Positions 56,368-64,000 of a stretch of 64,000 nucleotides of DNA are shown in pieces. The notes beneath the pieces are model-generated. The model was not told the DNA's origin. It did not search any database and saw only the letters and a program-made list of their open reading frames with translations. How positions within the stretch are numbered: position 1 is the first letter of the stretch; the number at the start of each line of letters is the position of its first letter. The position numbers and the translations under genes are program-made. This stretch comes from Anaerolineae bacterium (GTDB lineage: Bacteria; Chloroflexota; Anaerolineae; Epilineales; JAHCIE01): the NCBI GenBank assembly GCA_034431435.1, contig DAOUDG010000057.1:23955-87954 (forward strand). The letters run 5' to 3'.

Positions 56368-57369
56368 ATGACCCCCGACCGTCGTCGTAAGCTCGCCGTG
56401 GTTGCCATCGGCGGCAATAGTCTGATCACGGATAAGACGCACCAGACAGTTCCCGACCAGTACGCGGCGGCGGCCGAGACGTGCGTTCACGTCGCCGAGA
56501 TGATTCAAGCGGGGTGGCAGGTCGTGGTGACCCACGGCAACGGCCCCCAGGTGGGCTTTATTCTGCGTCGTTCGGAGCTGTCCCGCCACGAACTGCACGA
56601 GGTTCCGCTCGACGTGTGCGGCGCAGATACCCAGGGCGCGATTGGCTATATGTTGCAGCAATGCCTGTACAACGAGTTCCTGCAGCGCGGCCTGCCGGAT
56701 AAGCCGGTGACGGTCGTGACGCAGGTCGAGGTGGACCGCGCCGACCCGGCCTTCCAACACCCTAGCAAGCCCATTGGCTCGTTCATGACGGAGGCTGAGG
56801 CAGCGACACGACGCGCCGAGGGCTGGGACATGGTGGAGGACGCAGGGCGCGGTTTCCGCCGTGTTGTCGCCTCGCCCATGCCCAGGCGCATCGTCGAGAT
56901 CGAGGCCATCCGGGCCTTGCTGGCGGACGGATTCACTCTGATTGCGGCGGGCGGTGGCGGTATCCCCGTCATTGCCGAGGCGGATGGGCGACTGTGGGGC
57001 GTGGCGGCCGTCATCGACAAGGACCGTGCCTCGGCGCAACTGGCGAACCAGATTCAGGCCGACTTGCTCCTCATCTCGACCGCCGTCGAGCGGGTGGCTA
57101 TCAACTACCGCAAGCCGAGCCAGCAGGAACTGGCAACCATGACGGTGAGCGAGGCCGAGCGCTACATGGCCGACGGCCAGTTCCCCGAGGGCAGCATGGG
57201 GCCGAAGATACAGGCCGCGTTGGATTTTCTAGCGCGGGGCGGCGACGCCGCGCTGATTACGTCGCCGGAGGCCATCAGCCGCGCGCTGCGCGGCGAGACG
57301 GGGACGTGGATCGTGCCGGACGGGGCGGACCCGTCGCGGTTCTTTGCGGCAGTGGAGGGCACGGCGTGA
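56368..57369 (+). CDS. arcC: Carbamate kinase (YqeA/ArcC)
   Basis: VVAIGGNSL, THGNGPQVG, KPIGSF, RRVVASP, GGGGIPV, AVIDKD, GSMGPKI. Confidence 0.95.
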   Translation: MTPDRRRKLAVVAIGGNSLITDKTHQTVPDQYAAAAETCVHVAEMIQAGWQVVVTHGNGPQVGFILRRSELSRHELHEVPLDVCGADTQGAIGYMLQQCLYNEFLQRGLPDKPVTVVTQVEVDRADPAFQHPSKPIGSFMTEAEAATRRAEGWDMVEDAGRGFRRVVASPMPRRIVEIEAIRALLADGFTLIAAGGGGIPVIAEADGRLWGVAAVIDKDRASAQLANQIQADLLLISTAVERVAINYRKPSQQELATMTVSEAERYMADGQFPEGSMGPKIQAALDFLARGGDAALITSPEAISRALRGETGTWIVPDGADPSRFFAAVEGTA

Positions 57370-60300
57370 CCCAGGACGTGGCCGGTCAGCGGCAGCAATC
57401 GGTTGCCGCCGACCGGGTGGCGGTGAATGGCGACCTGTGGGGCGTGCTCGCCGTGATAGCGACTGCCCTCGCGCTGTTCGCCCCGCTGTGGGCCACTGGC
57501 CGCGTGTGGATCGACGGTGACCTGGGCGATTTTTACTGGCCGACCATGCAGGCTGTGTTTGGCGCGCTGCGTGACGGCCAGTCGCCGCTGTGGAATCCCA
57601 ACCTGATTGGCGGCTTCCCGCTGTTCGCCGACGGTAGCGTGGGGACACTGTTTCCGCTGAATTGGGTTCTGCTCGTCGCACCCCACAGCCTGATGCTCAT
57701 TCCCTTCCTGCGGACGCTGGTGGCCGCGCTGGGGATGTATGCCTTTGTGCGGGTGGTGGGCATCGGGCCAGTGGGCGCGACGGTGGCGGGGCTGGTATTT
57801 GCTCTCAACAGCTTTTCGGTCAGCCACTTCAGCCATATCGACCTTAACAACGGAACCGCACTGCTGCCCTGGCTGCTGTTGGCAATTGAGAGGAGCCTGC
57901 ACGCTTCGTCGTGGCGGCGGCAGGCGCTATGGCTGCTAGCGGCTGGCGTGAGCTACGGGCTGGTGTGGCTGAGCCTGCACCCGATGGCCCCGCTGATGAT
58001 TCTGCCTGTCTATGCGGGGTGGGCGCTCTACCGTGCCCTCACCTACTCTGGCCCTCGCCCGACGACCGACGACGAAGGACCGCAGACCCGTGGGACGTCC
58101 GCGTCCCCAGCGGCCCGTTCACGCTGGCTGTGGGCGCTGGCGGCGCTGACGGTGCCGGTCGTCGTCGCGCTGGGGCTGGCGGCGGCGCAGCTTGTGCCTA
58201 TGGCCGAGTTGGGCAGCCTCTCGCCGCGCCAGGCGGCCGGCGCGCGCTTCAACGCCAGCTTTAGCCTGCCTCCCTATGACCTCATCGGCCTGGTGTGGCC
58301 GACCTTCTTCCACTCAGCGCCGGGCGGGCCGCGCTGGGGGCTATGGAACCTGGAGACCCTGACCTACGTCGGCACGCTGCCTTTCGTGCTGGCCATGGCA
58401 GCGGTGGCGGCCTGGCCCCGTCAGCGACACGTGGGCTTCTTCGTCGTGCTGGCGCTGCTGGCGTTGTGGGTGGCGGTGGCTGTCTACGCGCCCTTTAGCC
58501 CGCAGCCCTGGCTGTACTCTCTGCCCGGCTACAACGTCCTGCGCGCGCCTGCCCGCTTCTTCTTCGTCGTGGGCTTCGCGGGCGCGTACCTGGCCGCCGT
58601 CGGGATGGACTGGCTCGTGGCGAGGCAGTGGGACACGGCCCCCGTGCGTCGCGTGCGCTGGCTGTTAGTGGGGCTGGCGGCGCTGGCGATGTCGATTCCC
58701 CTCGTTGGCGCGGCGATCGTGCTGTTTGTCAACGGTGCGCCGGGCCAGGCGGAGCGCGCCATCTGGGCCTTGTACCTGAATCTGCCCCACGGCACGCCCC
58801 TGCGTTACGAGGATGTGGTCTACGCCATCAACCAGAAGCTGCGGATCGGCAATCTGGAGATGTGGAAAGCCGTCGGGTTGCTACTGCTGAGCGTCGGCCT
58901 GGTGGGGGCGTGGCTGCGCGGCGGGCTATCGCGGCGCGCCTTCGCCGCCGCCGCCGCTGTGCTGACGGCCGTCGACCTGCTGTTGCTGGCGGGCTACTAC
59001 GTCACGCCCGTTCCTCTGGCGCGGGTGGTCGAGCCGCGGCCGGCGGCCGAGTTTGTTCAGTCCCAGCGGGCGGCGAACGTGGCGGCGAGTCTCAACGGCG
59101 ACCGCATCCTGCACGCCCGGTCTGTCGACCCGCCGATGATCGATCTGCCCTTCGGCGTGCCCGACTTCAACGGCCAGAGCAGTCTCAACATGGCGCGTCC
59201 AGCCGCCTACACGTCGGCGCTGTTTAGCCGAGAGGGCGCCCTGGCCGACCGCGCGGCGGTGCGCTGGCTGATGGTCCCCAACAATCTGGCCGATGTCCGT
59301 CAGCGGCTGAACGGCGTCGCCTTCGACCGCGAGCGACCCCTGGCTATCGTCGACGCGGCGACACCCGCTAACCAGCGCACCTTCCAGGTCGCGCCGCAGC
59401 CGGCTCGCGAGTTGCGCCTGTTGCTGGCTCTGTCCCAGGCGGTCAACGTGCCCCAGGGCGCGACAGTGGCGGAGGTGGTGGTGCGTGGGGCGGATGGCGC
59501 GAGCCGCGCCTTTCCCATTCGGGCGGGCATTGAGGCCAGCGAGTGGGCCTACGAGCGGCCAGACGTGCGCGCGGCGGTTCAGCACGCGAAGGTCACGCCA
59601 GCGCTGACCTGGAATCAAGTGGACGAGACGGGACAGCGTTTCGACCGTTTCCTGTCCTATGTCGAGCTGCCGCTGGACAGCGACGGCGGTGGGCTGCTGA
59701 TACCGAGCCGGGTAGACGTGCGGGCGGTGGCCCCCCGCACTGAGACGCTGCTGTTCGGCGCGACGCTGGTGGGCGATGCCTCGCCCGCTGCCCACAGCCT
59801 GGCCCGCTCCGATCTGGCTGTCTATGCGCCGGTCTACTGGGATGACGATGTGCGGCTGTTCGAGCGCGCAACCGCGTTGCCCCGCGCCCGACTCGTCGGT
59901 CAGGGTGTGACCTACGCGGCCCGCTGGCAGGCGTTGGAGCGGCTGACCCAGGCTGAAGATATGGCGGACCGGGTGACATTGGAAGGGACGCCGCCGGCCG
60001 AGGCTGCGCCGCTGCTCGTAGCAGGGCCGGCCGATGCGCGCGCCCCCCTGCCACTCGCGCCAGATCCGGCGACGCTCGGCACGGTGCAGCTGCTGGAGGA
60101 CACGCCGACGCGCGTCACTCTGGCCGCCGAGACGACCGCGCCGGCCTTCCTCGTCCTTGCCGATACCGCCTACCCTGGCTGGCGGGCGACGGTCGATGGC
60201 CGTCCAACCGACATCCTGATTGCTGACTACACCTTCCGCGCCGTGTACCTGCCGCCGGGCGCGCACCGGGTGACCTTCGAGTATGCGCCGCGTAGCGTCC

Positions 60301-60389
60301 AACTGGGCGTCGCTATCAGCCTGATGACGCTGGTGGCCCTGGCGGTCGCGGCGTGGTGGCTGTGGCGCGGGGCGCGGCGGGAGGCGTAG
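57366..60389 (+). CDS. YfhO family large membrane protein (GT-C-like glycosyltransferase candidate)
   Basis: LWNPNLIGGFPLFAD, many TM segments, RAPARF, and C-terminal LVLADTAYPGWRATVDG...FRAVYLPPGAHRVTFEYAP. GTG overlaps the arcC stop. Confidence 0.82.
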   Translation: MTQDVAGQRQQSVAADRVAVNGDLWGVLAVIATALALFAPLWATGRVWIDGDLGDFYWPTMQAVFGALRDGQSPLWNPNLIGGFPLFADGSVGTLFPLNWVLLVAPHSLMLIPFLRTLVAALGMYAFVRVVGIGPVGATVAGLVFALNSFSVSHFSHIDLNNGTALLPWLLLAIERSLHASSWRRQALWLLAAGVSYGLVWLSLHPMAPLMILPVYAGWALYRALTYSGPRPTTDDEGPQTRGTSASPAARSRWLWALAALTVPVVVALGLAAAQLVPMAELGSLSPRQAAGARFNASFSLPPYDLIGLVWPTFFHSAPGGPRWGLWNLETLTYVGTLPFVLAMAAVAAWPRQRHVGFFVVLALLALWVAVAVYAPFSPQPWLYSLPGYNVLRAPARFFFVVGFAGAYLAAVGMDWLVARQWDTAPVRRVRWLLVGLAALAMSIPLVGAAIVLFVNGAPGQAERAIWALYLNLPHGTPLRYEDVVYAINQKLRIGNLEMWKAVGLLLLSVGLVGAWLRGGLSRRAFAAAAAVLTAVDLLLLAGYYVTPVPLARVVEPRPAAEFVQSQRAANVAASLNGDRILHARSVDPPMIDLPFGVPDFNGQSSLNMARPAAYTSALFSREGALADRAAVRWLMVPNNLADVRQRLNGVAFDRERPLAIVDAATPANQRTFQVAPQPARELRLLLALSQAVNVPQGATVAEVVVRGADGASRAFPIRAGIEASEWAYERPDVRAAVQHAKVTPALTWNQVDETGQRFDRFLSYVELPLDSDGGGLLIPSRVDVRAVAPRTETLLFGATLVGDASPAAHSLARSDLAVYAPVYWDDDVRLFERATALPRARLVGQGVTYAARWQALERLTQAEDMADRVTLEGTPPAEAAPLLVAGPADARAPLPLAPDPATLGTVQLLEDTPTRVTLAAETTAPAFLVLADTAYPGWRATVDGRPTDILIADYTFRAVYLPPGAHRVTFEYAPRSVQLGVAISLMTLVALAVAAWWLWRGARREA

Positions 60390-60390
60390 G

Positions 60391-61527
60391 GTGTTCCTCT
60401 TCGGCCCCGTCATGTTGCTCATCGCGGGCGTACTGGCCGTATACACCGTCGTCGACCTGCGACGCCACTGGGCCACGTTTTGGGACGACAACATTACAGG
60501 CGAGGACAAGTCGCGCGCCTACCGGGTGGTGTTCTTCCTGCTCATTCCCGTGGGGGTGCTGCTGCATGAGTTCGGTCACGCGGTGGCCGTATGGGGCATG
60601 GGCGGGCGCGTCGTCGAGTTCAACTGGTCGCTGCTGTCGGGCTACGTCGTGCCGGATCGCACGTTTGGGCCGCTCGGAACGTGGTGGCTGTATTTTTCTG
60701 GCAACCTGGTGTCCATCCTGCTGGCCCTCGTGGGGCTGGTGGTCGCCATGGTGGCGCGGCGGCCAATGGTGAAGTTTCTCGGCTTCGCCTTCTTTACGAT
60801 GGAGTGGTTCTTTAGCCTGGTCGGCTATCCGCTGCTGAGCTTGGGTAGCCAGGATGGCGATTGGGTGGGCATCTATGGGCTGCCGCCCTTGCCAATGAAA
60901 GCGGCGCTGGCTGCCGCGCACATCGCTCTCATCGTCCTGGGCTATGTCTTCCTGCGCTCCATGCGCGTGCGCCGCTGGGAACTGATGCTGAGCAGGGACA
61001 ACCGCGCCATGATCGAGGCCAGGGAGGCGGAGATTCTGGCCCACCCCGCCGACGCCGCGCCGCGTCTGAGGCTGGCGCAGTTCTACGCGCAACGTGGTGA
61101 GGCGGCGCTCGCGAGGGCGACACTCAACGAGGCGCTGGCGGTAGCGCCGGACAACCCGGATGCGCACCTCCTGGCGGGGGCAATGGCGGCCGACGGGGAA
61201 CGCTATGCCGAAGCCGTAGACCAGTACGCGGCGGCGATAGCGGCCCTGCCGCCCGGACCACCCCGCGGTCGGGTGGAGTATTTGCAGGGCTGGGCGTACG
61301 TGCGCATGGATCGCGCCGCCGATGCGGTGGGCGCGCTGACACGGGCCATCGAGGATGGTTTTGTGACGGGCGAGGCATACTACTGGCGCGGCCGTGCTCA
61401 TCAGCGCCTGCGCAATGATCTGGCCGCCCGTGCCGACTTTGCCCGCGCGGCCGAGATCGACGCCGGTGGTGCGGCGGGCGTAGAGGCGGCCAAGGAACTA
61501 GAGGCAATGCGCCTGGAGGCGCGATGA
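60391..61527 (+). CDS. Membrane zinc metallopeptidase-like protein (HExxH, M50-like) with C-terminal TPR repeats
   Basis: LLHEFGHAVA inside a TM region, followed by about four TPR-like helical repeats. Confidence 0.72.
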   Translation: MFLFGPVMLLIAGVLAVYTVVDLRRHWATFWDDNITGEDKSRAYRVVFFLLIPVGVLLHEFGHAVAVWGMGGRVVEFNWSLLSGYVVPDRTFGPLGTWWLYFSGNLVSILLALVGLVVAMVARRPMVKFLGFAFFTMEWFFSLVGYPLLSLGSQDGDWVGIYGLPPLPMKAALAAAHIALIVLGYVFLRSMRVRRWELMLSRDNRAMIEAREAEILAHPADAAPRLRLAQFYAQRGEAALARATLNEALAVAPDNPDAHLLAGAMAADGERYAEAVDQYAAAIAALPPGPPRGRVEYLQGWAYVRMDRAADAVGALTRAIEDGFVTGEAYYWRGRAHQRLRNDLAARADFARAAEIDAGGAAGVEAAKELEAMRLEAR

Positions 61528-62822
61528 TGACGGGACTTGACTATCTTACCGGGTTGCGCTGTCTGCAGTGTGGGAGAGACTACCCACCCGCCCCGACACG
61601 CTATGTGTGCGAGGTGTGCGGCGACGACGGCACCCTGGATGCCCAATACGACTACCGGCGTATCGCCGCTGATTGGGACCGCGACGCTCTGGCCGCCGAC
61701 GCCGACCCCGCCATGTGGCGGTATGCGCCCCTGCTCCCTGTGGCCGCGCCGCCTGCCTACCTGAGCCACTCGCCCCTCGGCTCCAAGCCCTCGACTCTGG
61801 CGACGGTCGGCGGTACACCTCTCATCGCCGCGCCCCGTATCGCGGCCGAGGTAGGCGTGCGCGAGGTGTGGATCAAGGACGATGGGCGTAACCCGACCGG
61901 CTCCCTCAAGGACCGCGCCAGTGCGGTCGCCGTACTCAAGGCGCAGGAGGCAGGGGCGCGGGTGATCACGACGGCCAGCTCTGGCAACGCGGCGGCCGCA
62001 CTGGCGGGCATGTCGGCGGCGGTAGGGATGAGGGCTGTCATCTTCGTGCCTGCCACGGCTCCGGCGGCGAAGGTGGCTCAGTTGCTGGTCTTTGGCGCGG
62101 ACGTGTACCTTGTCGAAGGGACCTACGACCAGGCCTTCGACCTATGCCTGGCCGCCTCGCGCGAATACGGCTGGTACTGTCGCAACACGGGCTACAACCC
62201 CTACACCGTCGAGGGTAAGAAGACCGTCAGCCTGGAGATCGGCGAGCAATTGGGCTGGCAGGCCCCGGACCGGGTCCTGGTGTCGGTCGGTGACGGCAAC
62301 ATCATCGCCGGCGTGTGGAAGGGCTTCTATAGCCTGCATCAGCTCGGCTGGATTGAGCGCATGCCCCGTGTCTATGGCATCCAGGCCGCCGGGTCCGACG
62401 TGCTGTGCACAGCGTGGGAGGCGGGGACGGAGACCATCACGCCCATCATCGCGCACACCGTGGCCGATAGTATCTCGGTCGGCCAGCCGCGCGACGCGGT
62501 GCGCGCCTTGCGGGCGGTGCGCGGCACGGCTGGCGAGTACGTGCGGGTCAGCGACGATGAGATTCTGGCCGCTATCCCGGCGCTGGCGCGCGGCGCGGCG
62601 GTGTTCGCCGAGCCGTCCGGCGCGACGGCTTACGCGGGCCTGCGCGCCCTGGCCGCTCTCGGCAAGCTGGACTCTGACGCCCGCATCGTGGTCGTCGCCA
62701 CGGGCAGCGGCTTGAAGGATATCGGATCGGCCATGAAGGCGGTGGGTCAGGCGGCGCGCATCGAACCATCCCTCGGCAGCCTCGACCGCGCCCTGCGGTC
62801 GGCGGCGCAGGCAATGGAGTGA
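61524..62822 (+). CDS. Threonine synthase-like PLP enzyme (fold type II)
   Basis: N-terminal CxxC..CxxC zinc ribbon, NPTGSLKDR (PLP lysine), ASSGNAA, EGKKT, TGSGLK. Confidence 0.85.
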   Translation: MMTGLDYLTGLRCLQCGRDYPPAPTRYVCEVCGDDGTLDAQYDYRRIAADWDRDALAADADPAMWRYAPLLPVAAPPAYLSHSPLGSKPSTLATVGGTPLIAAPRIAAEVGVREVWIKDDGRNPTGSLKDRASAVAVLKAQEAGARVITTASSGNAAAALAGMSAAVGMRAVIFVPATAPAAKVAQLLVFGADVYLVEGTYDQAFDLCLAASREYGWYCRNTGYNPYTVEGKKTVSLEIGEQLGWQAPDRVLVSVGDGNIIAGVWKGFYSLHQLGWIERMPRVYGIQAAGSDVLCTAWEAGTETITPIIAHTVADSISVGQPRDAVRALRAVRGTAGEYVRVSDDEILAAIPALARGAAVFAEPSGATAYAGLRALAALGKLDSDARIVVVATGSGLKDIGSAMKAVGQAARIEPSLGSLDRALRSAAQAME

Positions 62823-62837
62823 AAACTAAGAGGTGGC

Positions 62838-64000
62838 ATGATGACACGAGCGATTCTTGGTCCGACGTTCGAGGAAATGTTGCATCCGCAGAGCATCGAC
62901 CCGGCGATTCGCGCCCACGCCGTCGCGGCGATGGCCGATGCGCCCCTCGACCCTATCAACCTATACAACATCACCTGGCGGGGGGCCGACAATCAGATCA
63001 AGTACGAGATTCTACCCGAGGGGCTGACCGGCGTCGATGCGCCTATTGTTGTCCTGTATGGGCGCGACTTCCCAACGGGCGCTCACAAGGTGGGTGCGGC
63101 GTATGCCGTGCTGACGGAGATGATCCTGTTCGGCCACGTCGACATTGATGAGAATACCGTGGTTTGGCCCAGTACTGGTAACTACGGCATCGGCGGGGCG
63201 TGGGTCGGTGGCCGCGTCGGGGCGAAGTCCATCGTGGTGTTGCCTGAGGGCATGAGCCGCGAGCGGTTCGAGCGCATCGAAAGCTATGGCGCACAGGTCA
63301 TCAAGACGCCGGGCGTCGAGTCCAACGTCAAGGAAATCTATGATAAGACGTGGGAGTTGCGCCGCGACCCCAATATTCGTATCCTCAATCAGTTCGAGCA
63401 GATGGGCAACTATCGCTTCCACTACCACGTGACCGGTAACACCATTGTCGAGCTGGCCGCCGAGCTTCAAGCGCGAGGGGTGGGCAATGGTCGCATTGCC
63501 GCCTTCTGCTCGGCGATGGGCAGCTCAGGCACGATTGCAGCGGGGGATCGCATCAAGCAGGTCTTCCCGGAGGCGCGTACCGTGGGCTTGGAGCCGATCC
63601 AGTGCCCGACGCTCTATAACAATGGCTATGGTGGTCACGACATCCAGGGCATTGGCGACAAGCACGTGACCTGGATTCACAACGTTCTGAGCATGGATGC
63701 CATCATGTGCCTCGACGACATCGAGAGCAAGAAGGGCTTGCAGGTGTTGTCCTCGCCGGCCGGCCAGGAGTTGCTCAGCCGTCGCTATGGCGTGGACGAG
63801 GCCCAGGCGCAGCAACTGGGCAGCATCTTCGGCATCTCCGGCGTGTGCAACGTGCTGGGGGCCATCAAGACCGCCAGGCACTACCAGTTGGGCAAGCAGG
63901 ACGTCATCGTCACCATCTGCACCGATGCGATCGACCGCTACTACTCGGTCATGGATGCGATGGCGGAGCGCTACGGCGCTATCGACGAGGCGCGCGGCAC
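62838..64000 (+). CDS. PLP-dependent fold type II enzyme (cysteine synthase / beta-subunit-like), 3' truncated and absent from the ORF track
   Basis: Translated by hand: MMTRAILGPTFEEMLHP...FPTGAHKVG (PLP lysine)...WPSTGNYGIGG...MGSSGT...IQGIGDKH. The frame stays open where I read it and runs off the window end. Confidence 0.85.
   Translation, partial: MMTRAILGPTFEEMLHPQSIDPAIRAHAVAAMADAPLDPINLYNITWRGADNQIKYEILPEGLTGVDAPIVVLYGRDFPTGAHKVGAAYAVLTEMILFGHVDIDENTVVWPSTGNYGIGGAWVGGRVGAKSIVVLPEGMSRERFERIESYGAQVIKTPGVESNVKEIYDKTWELRRDPNIRILNQFEQMGNYRFHYHVTGNTIVELAAELQARGVGNGRIAAFCSAMGSSGTIAAGDRIKQVFPEARTVGLEPIQCPTLYNNGYGGHDIQGIGDKHVTWIHNVLSMDAIMCLDDIESKKGLQVLSSPAGQELLSRRYGVDEAQAQQLGSIFGISGVCNVLGAIKTARHYQLGKQDVIVTICTDAIDRYYSVMDAMAERYGAIDEARG

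Overview
GC-rich bacterial chromosomal segment. The host is possibly Chloroflexota (inference from gene content and Ala/Pro/Thr-rich lipoprotein tethers). About 60 genes fall into these blocks: VWA/MoxR/LysM-M23 genes (1-4.6 kb); a regulator, an esterase and a secreted glycoside-hydrolase-like protein (4.6-8.9 kb); a minus-strand arsenic operon arsR-(arsN2 remnant)-arsC-arsM-LLM oxidoreductase, and queA (9-12.9 kb); an ABC-2 exporter operon with six tandem-domain GNAT acetyltransferases, five of them consecutive paralogs, preceded by an unannotated 28-aa leader ORF and a four-segment attenuator-like RNA structure (13-21.5 kb); a low-GC insert with a 165-bp MITE and an ABC-type ATPase plus DUF4276/TOPRIM-like pair (21.5-24 kb); a GntR-regulated peptidoglycan-sugar recycling cluster (24.9-38.4 kb); a Pho two-component system, a Pho-box array and pstSCAB-phoU (38.4-45.5 kb); and a nucleobase uptake and catabolism cluster related to E. 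coli ygeW/ygeY/hyuA/yqeA, interrupted by YfhO-like and M50/TPR genes (45.7-64 kb). I recognised no rRNA, tRNA or CRISPR array. All calls come from manual motif reading; no database searches were run. The best candidate for an undescribed system is the leader-peptide/attenuator-controlled ABC exporter plus GNAT paralog array.
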